Positions 47,533-52,031 of a DNA stretch of 52,031 bases are shown in pieces. The notes beneath the pieces are model-generated. The model was not told the origin of the DNA. It worked only from the letters and a program-made list of their open reading frames with translations, and ran no database searches. The position numbers and the translations under genes were made by a program. Origin of the DNA: Bradymonadia bacterium (GTDB taxonomy: Bacteria; Myxococcota_A; Bradymonadia; UBA7976; UBA1532); NCBI GenBank assembly GCA_046290225.1, contig JBKAGE010000010.1, forward strand, positions 1 to 52,031, in the 5' to 3' direction. Numbering within the stretch: the stretch's first letter is position 1; every line of letters starts with the position of its first letter.

Positions 47533-48062
47533 TGGGCAGTGACGAATGTTGTGGTTGGGCCTTTGTAGGCAGTCGTTGCTTCGCTCCGCCTGCGTAGGCG
47601 CCGGGCCTTCGGCAGCCCTGCGGGCCGCCTCGTCGGTCGCGTACACGTACAGGCACCTGCTAACGCAGGCACCTTCCCGGGTAGGCAGGGTCGCTCAATG
47701 CTGACGCATTGAGCGACCCTGCGTAAAGAGTTTCTTTTGTATCTCGTTGCTGATGCCTGCCGGGATTCGACCTACCGCGAACCTACAAACCGCGGAGTCT
47801 CAACGCTGGGCGTAAGCCCCAACAGCGTCGGAAGCAGCACAAAGTCACACCAGAACTGACTTTTTACGCAGGGGAGCGAGCAAGAAGGGCGAAGCCCTGA
47901 GCGACCCTGCCTACCCGGAGGCCTGCTCGCGCCAGCGAGTACGCCGACGTGTACGCGCCAGACGAGGCGGCCCGCAGGGCTGCCGAAGGCCCGGCGCCTA
48001 CGCAGGCGGAGCGAAGCAACGACTGCCTACCAAGGCACAGCCCCAACCTCCATCACAGCCCA
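47533..48062. repeat. Composite inverted-repeat (REP/REPIN- or MITE-like) non-coding element
   Basis: Perfect 70-bp inverted repeat 47565-47634 / 47961-48030; 21-bp inverted repeat 47677-47697 / 47898-47918; further degenerate matches; GTAG followed by palindromes. Confidence 0.85.
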
Positions 48063-48098
48063 CCTTGATTCTTGTTCAGTTCGCGTTTGCGCTCAGAC

Positions 48099-48509
48099 TT
48101 ACCCCTCCGCAGAGGCGAGCACGCGCATCAAGTCACGCCAGGTGGCGATGCCCGCCACCTTGCCGTCTTTACCGAGGACCACCAGGCTGCTGATGTCCTC
48201 GCTGAGCAGCACCTCGGCAGCGCGCTGGACCGAGCAGCGCTCATCGACGGAGATCGCCGCGCGGGTCATGATTTGGTGGGCCGGGCGCTTGAGGGTGTCG
48301 AGATCACGAGGCTTCTCGGCGAGGGTGTCGAGGAACGGACTCACCGCCTTGATGACATCTCGATCAGAGATCACCCCCACCAACCGGCCGTACGAGGTCA
48401 CCAGCAGGTGATGGAACCCGTGCTCCTCCAACACGCGTTGCACCTCGACCAGCGGCGTATCTGCCTCTACGGTGACCACATCAGTGGACATGATTTCGCC
48501 GATTTGCAT
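48099..48509 (-). CDS. CBS domain pair protein
   Basis: GGAGG + MQIGEIMSTDVVTV; HHLLV...LVGVISDRD; IMT; second CBS repeat. Confidence 0.9.
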   Translation of the reverse strand: MQIGEIMSTDVVTVEADTPLVEVQRVLEEHGFHHLLVTSYGRLVGVISDRDVIKAVSPFLDTLAEKPRDLDTLKRPAHQIMTRAAISVDERCSVQRAAEVLLSEDISSLVVLGKDGKVAGIATWRDLMRVLASAEG

Positions 48510-48602
48510 CGCACACCTCCCAGGCCTTGCACTTCGTCGACGACCCACCCCCCAACAGCGGCATCCACATGCAGGGTCTTGAATTCAGTCAGAGAGGCGT
48601 AC

Positions 48603-50246
48603 GTGGCCAAAGCATCAGATCGATTCGTCGAAGCCCTCGAAGCCGAGGGCGTGACACACATCTTCGGCATCCCAGGGGAGGAAAACCTCGACCTGCTCGA
48701 GTCCCTCAGAGAGTCGAGCATCGAGCTCGTCATCTGCCGACATGAGCAGGCGGCGGGCTTCATGGCTGCCACCTATGGCCGCCTCACCGGCAAGGCCGGG
48801 GTGTGCATGTCCACCTTGGGGCCCGGCGCCACCAACCTCGTCACCGCGGCGGCCTATGCCCAGCTCGGGGCCATGCCCATGCTCATGATCACGGGGCAGA
48901 AGCCCATCAAGAGCAGCAAACAGGGCCAGTTCCAGATCGTCGACGTCGTAGACATGATGCGCCCCATCACGCAGTACACCCGACAGATCGTCAGCAGCGA
49001 CACCATCCCCGCCCGCATCCGAGAGGCGTTCCGGGTGATTCAGGAAGAACGACCCGGGGCAGGCCACCTCGAGCTCCCCGAGGACATCGCCGCCGAGGAG
49101 ACCGAGGCCCCGCTGATGCAGGCGAGCAGCACACGGCGGCCCATCGCCGAGGAGAAGGCCATCCGCCGCGCCGTGGCCATGCTCGAAGAGGCGAAGACCC
49201 CGCTGATCCTCATCGGGGCCGGGGCCAACCGGAAGCTCACCTCGAAGATGCTCACCGCCTTCATCGAGCACACCAGCATCCCGTTCTTCTCCACGCAGAT
49301 GGGCAAGGGCGTCGTCGACGAGCGCCACCCGCTCTTCATGGGGAACGCCGCGCTTTCTTCTGGTGACTTTGTGCACCGGGCCATCGAGGGGGCCGATCTC
49401 ATCCTCAACGTGGGCCACGACGTGGTGGAGAAGCCGCCTTTCTTCATGCACCACGGCGGCAAGCAGGTGATCCACGTAAACTTCAGCTCCGCGGAGGTCG
49501 ATCCCGTCTACTTCCCGCAGCTCGAGGTCGTGGGCGACATCGCCAACAGCGTCTGGCAGATCAAAGAGCACCTCGATCCCCAACCCCATTGGGACTTCAG
49601 CACACTGATGCACGTGAAGCAGCACGTAGACGCCCACCTGCTCGAAGGCGCCGACGACGACCGGTTCCCCATCTATCCCCAGCGGCTCGTGTCGGCGGTC
49701 CGCGAGGCCATGCCTTCCGATGGCATCATCGCCCTCGACAACGGCGTCTACAAAATCTGGTTCGCCCGGAACTACCGGGCCCACACCCCGAACACCGTGT
49801 TGCTCGACAACGCCCTGGCCACCATGGGGGCGGGTCTGCCCTCGGCCATGGCCGCCAAGATCGTGCACCCGGACCGCAAGGTGATGGCCATCTGCGGTGA
49901 CGGCGGCTTCATGATGAACTCTCAAGAGATGGAGACCGCCGTGCGGCTGGGCCTCGATCTCGTGGTGCTGATCCTCAACGACAGCGCGTACGGCATGATC
50001 AGGTGGAAGCAGGCCAACATGGGCTTCACGGATTGGGGTCTCGAGTTCGGCAACCCCGACTTCGTGAAATACGCCGAGGCCTACGGTGCCCATGGTCACC
50101 GGGTGACCTCGTCAGCGCACCTCGGCGAGCTGCTGCAGACCTGCCTCGACACCGGCGGGGTACATCTCATCGATTGCCCGGTGGACTACAGCGAAAACGA
50201 TCATATTTTGAACCACGACATCAAGACCCGCAGCGCACAGATCTGA
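48603..50246 (+). CDS. Acetolactate synthase large-subunit-like ThDP-dependent enzyme
   Basis: IFGIPGEEN, RHEQAAGFMA, TLGPGATN, ATMGAGLP, GDGGFMMN, ND..YGMI; GTG48603 with GAGAGG. Confidence 0.92.
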   Translation: MAKASDRFVEALEAEGVTHIFGIPGEENLDLLESLRESSIELVICRHEQAAGFMAATYGRLTGKAGVCMSTLGPGATNLVTAAAYAQLGAMPMLMITGQKPIKSSKQGQFQIVDVVDMMRPITQYTRQIVSSDTIPARIREAFRVIQEERPGAGHLELPEDIAAEETEAPLMQASSTRRPIAEEKAIRRAVAMLEEAKTPLILIGAGANRKLTSKMLTAFIEHTSIPFFSTQMGKGVVDERHPLFMGNAALSSGDFVHRAIEGADLILNVGHDVVEKPPFFMHHGGKQVIHVNFSSAEVDPVYFPQLEVVGDIANSVWQIKEHLDPQPHWDFSTLMHVKQHVDAHLLEGADDDRFPIYPQRLVSAVREAMPSDGIIALDNGVYKIWFARNYRAHTPNTVLLDNALATMGAGLPSAMAAKIVHPDRKVMAICGDGGFMMNSQEMETAVRLGLDLVVLILNDSAYGMIRWKQANMGFTDWGLEFGNPDFVKYAEAYGAHGHRVTSSAHLGELLQTCLDTGGVHLIDCPVDYSENDHILNHDIKTRSAQI

Positions 50247-50255
50247 GGCCCTTAC

Positions 50256-51698
<1,443 letters not shown>

Positions 51699-51699
51699 T

Positions 51700-51739
51700 T
51701 CTCGCTTCGGTCTCGCTTCGGTCTCGCTTCGGTCTCGCT
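51700..51739. repeat. Tandem repeat (TCTCGCTTCGG)x3 plus partial copy
   Basis: Units at 51700, 51711 and 51722; partial TCTCGCT at 51733. Confidence 0.9.
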
Positions 51740-51758
51740 GCGCTCGCGAGAGAGTTTT

Positions 51759-51790
51759 CGGGCACGGGCACGGGCACGGGCACGGGCACG
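51759..51790. repeat. Hexamer tandem repeat (CGGGCA)x5 + CG
   Basis: Read directly from the sequence. Confidence 0.9.
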
Positions 51791-51820
51791 AGTTGATACA
51801 TACCTGGACCCGTGGCCCGT

Positions 51821-51928
51821 CTATGACTCCGCTCGTGGGTCTATGATGTTAGATGCTCTAATTGGTCCTACGCGTTCACCAGTGGAGTATTGCTGGCTAT
51901 CATATGGCTCTATACCTGAGTTATCTAG
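51821..51928 (-). pseudogene. Possible 3' remnant of a lower-GC gene interrupted by the IS
   Basis: Open frame LDNSGIEPYDSQQYSTGERVGPIRASNIIDPRAES* runs from the CTAG junction to the TAG at 51821-51823. Confidence 0.35.
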
Positions 51929-52031
51929 GAGACTATCCCATTAACAGCTTCGTGAGCCAGAGCCAGGCAAACGCGACATAGACGAAGGCCTCAAAGTTGC
52001 GAGGATTCCTCTCCCAGCGTGTGCTGAGGCG
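51929..52031 (-). mobile_element. End of an IS5-family insertion sequence (partial, runs off the window)
   Basis: Transposase C-terminus ends within a candidate terminal repeat GAGACTATCCCATTAA that abuts CTAG (51925-51928). Confidence 0.7.
51933..52031 (-). CDS. IS5-family transposase, C-terminal 32 aa (partial)
   Basis: RLSTRWERNPRNFEAFVYVAFAWLWLTKLLMG* matches the IS5 C-terminal pattern RL.TR(Y/W)E+...F.AF..(L/V)A; too short to appear in the ORF track. Confidence 0.75.
   Translation of the reverse strand, partial: RLSTRWERNPRNFEAFVYVAFAWLWLTKLLMG

Noticed and set aside
47750..47780. GGGATTCGACC resembles the reverse complement of a tRNA T-loop
   Set aside because: On the minus strand it reads GGTCGAATCCC with no TTC loop or paired 5-bp T-stem, and no cloverleaf can be built.
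47745..47840. CTGATG...GAA resembling a hammerhead ribozyme core
   Set aside because: The core needs CUGANGA and GAAA; here it is CTGATGC and GGAAG.
47453..48602. N-terminal extensions of the kinase (to 47656) and ALS (from 48072), and the 60-aa ORF 47864..48046
   Set aside because: They run through the non-coding repeat or the antisense CBS gene; better starts with RBS exist at 47452 and 48603.
51700..51790. Tandem repeats considered as a CRISPR array
   Set aside because: Units are 11 and 6 bp with no spacers, and there are no cas genes.

Overview
High-GC bacterial chromosomal window. The gene content (many lipoproteins with acidic DAG/PDMG linkers, a Ser/Thr kinase, a DUF1501-type pair, ferritin-like and PilZ proteins) suggests a Myxococcota/Bradymonadia-like organism; this is an inference. 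About 40 CDS are supported. Recognisable genes include the tyrosine catabolism cluster (fahA-maiA-hppD-hmgA), a TetR with a divergent epimerase and a perfect 18-bp operator, an ECF41 sigma factor with an oxidoreductase, RluA, S41 and M48 peptidases, a GST, and an acetolactate synthase-like enzyme with an aldehyde dehydrogenase. The top candidate system is an ~11-kb operon (10681-21837). It joins a YehL-type MoxR AAA+ ATPase, a YehM/DUF5682 protein, a YehP-type VWA protein and two SWIM-less YehQ-like paralogues to an eRF1/Pelota-like (baeRF) protein lacking a GGQ loop and a pentapeptide-repeat 2-TM channel with a degenerate filter. Also notable: a ~530-bp non-coding composite inverted repeat built from GTAG-hairpin (REP-like) units (47533-48062), a Cys-rich repeat protein with a di-iron ferritin-like partner, a lipoprotein with a MauG-like di-heme enzyme, an amber-split SMI1/KNR4 gene, and an IS5-family end inserted at CTAG at the right edge. 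No rRNA, tRNA or CRISPR array was seen. All family calls come from motif recognition, not database searches.
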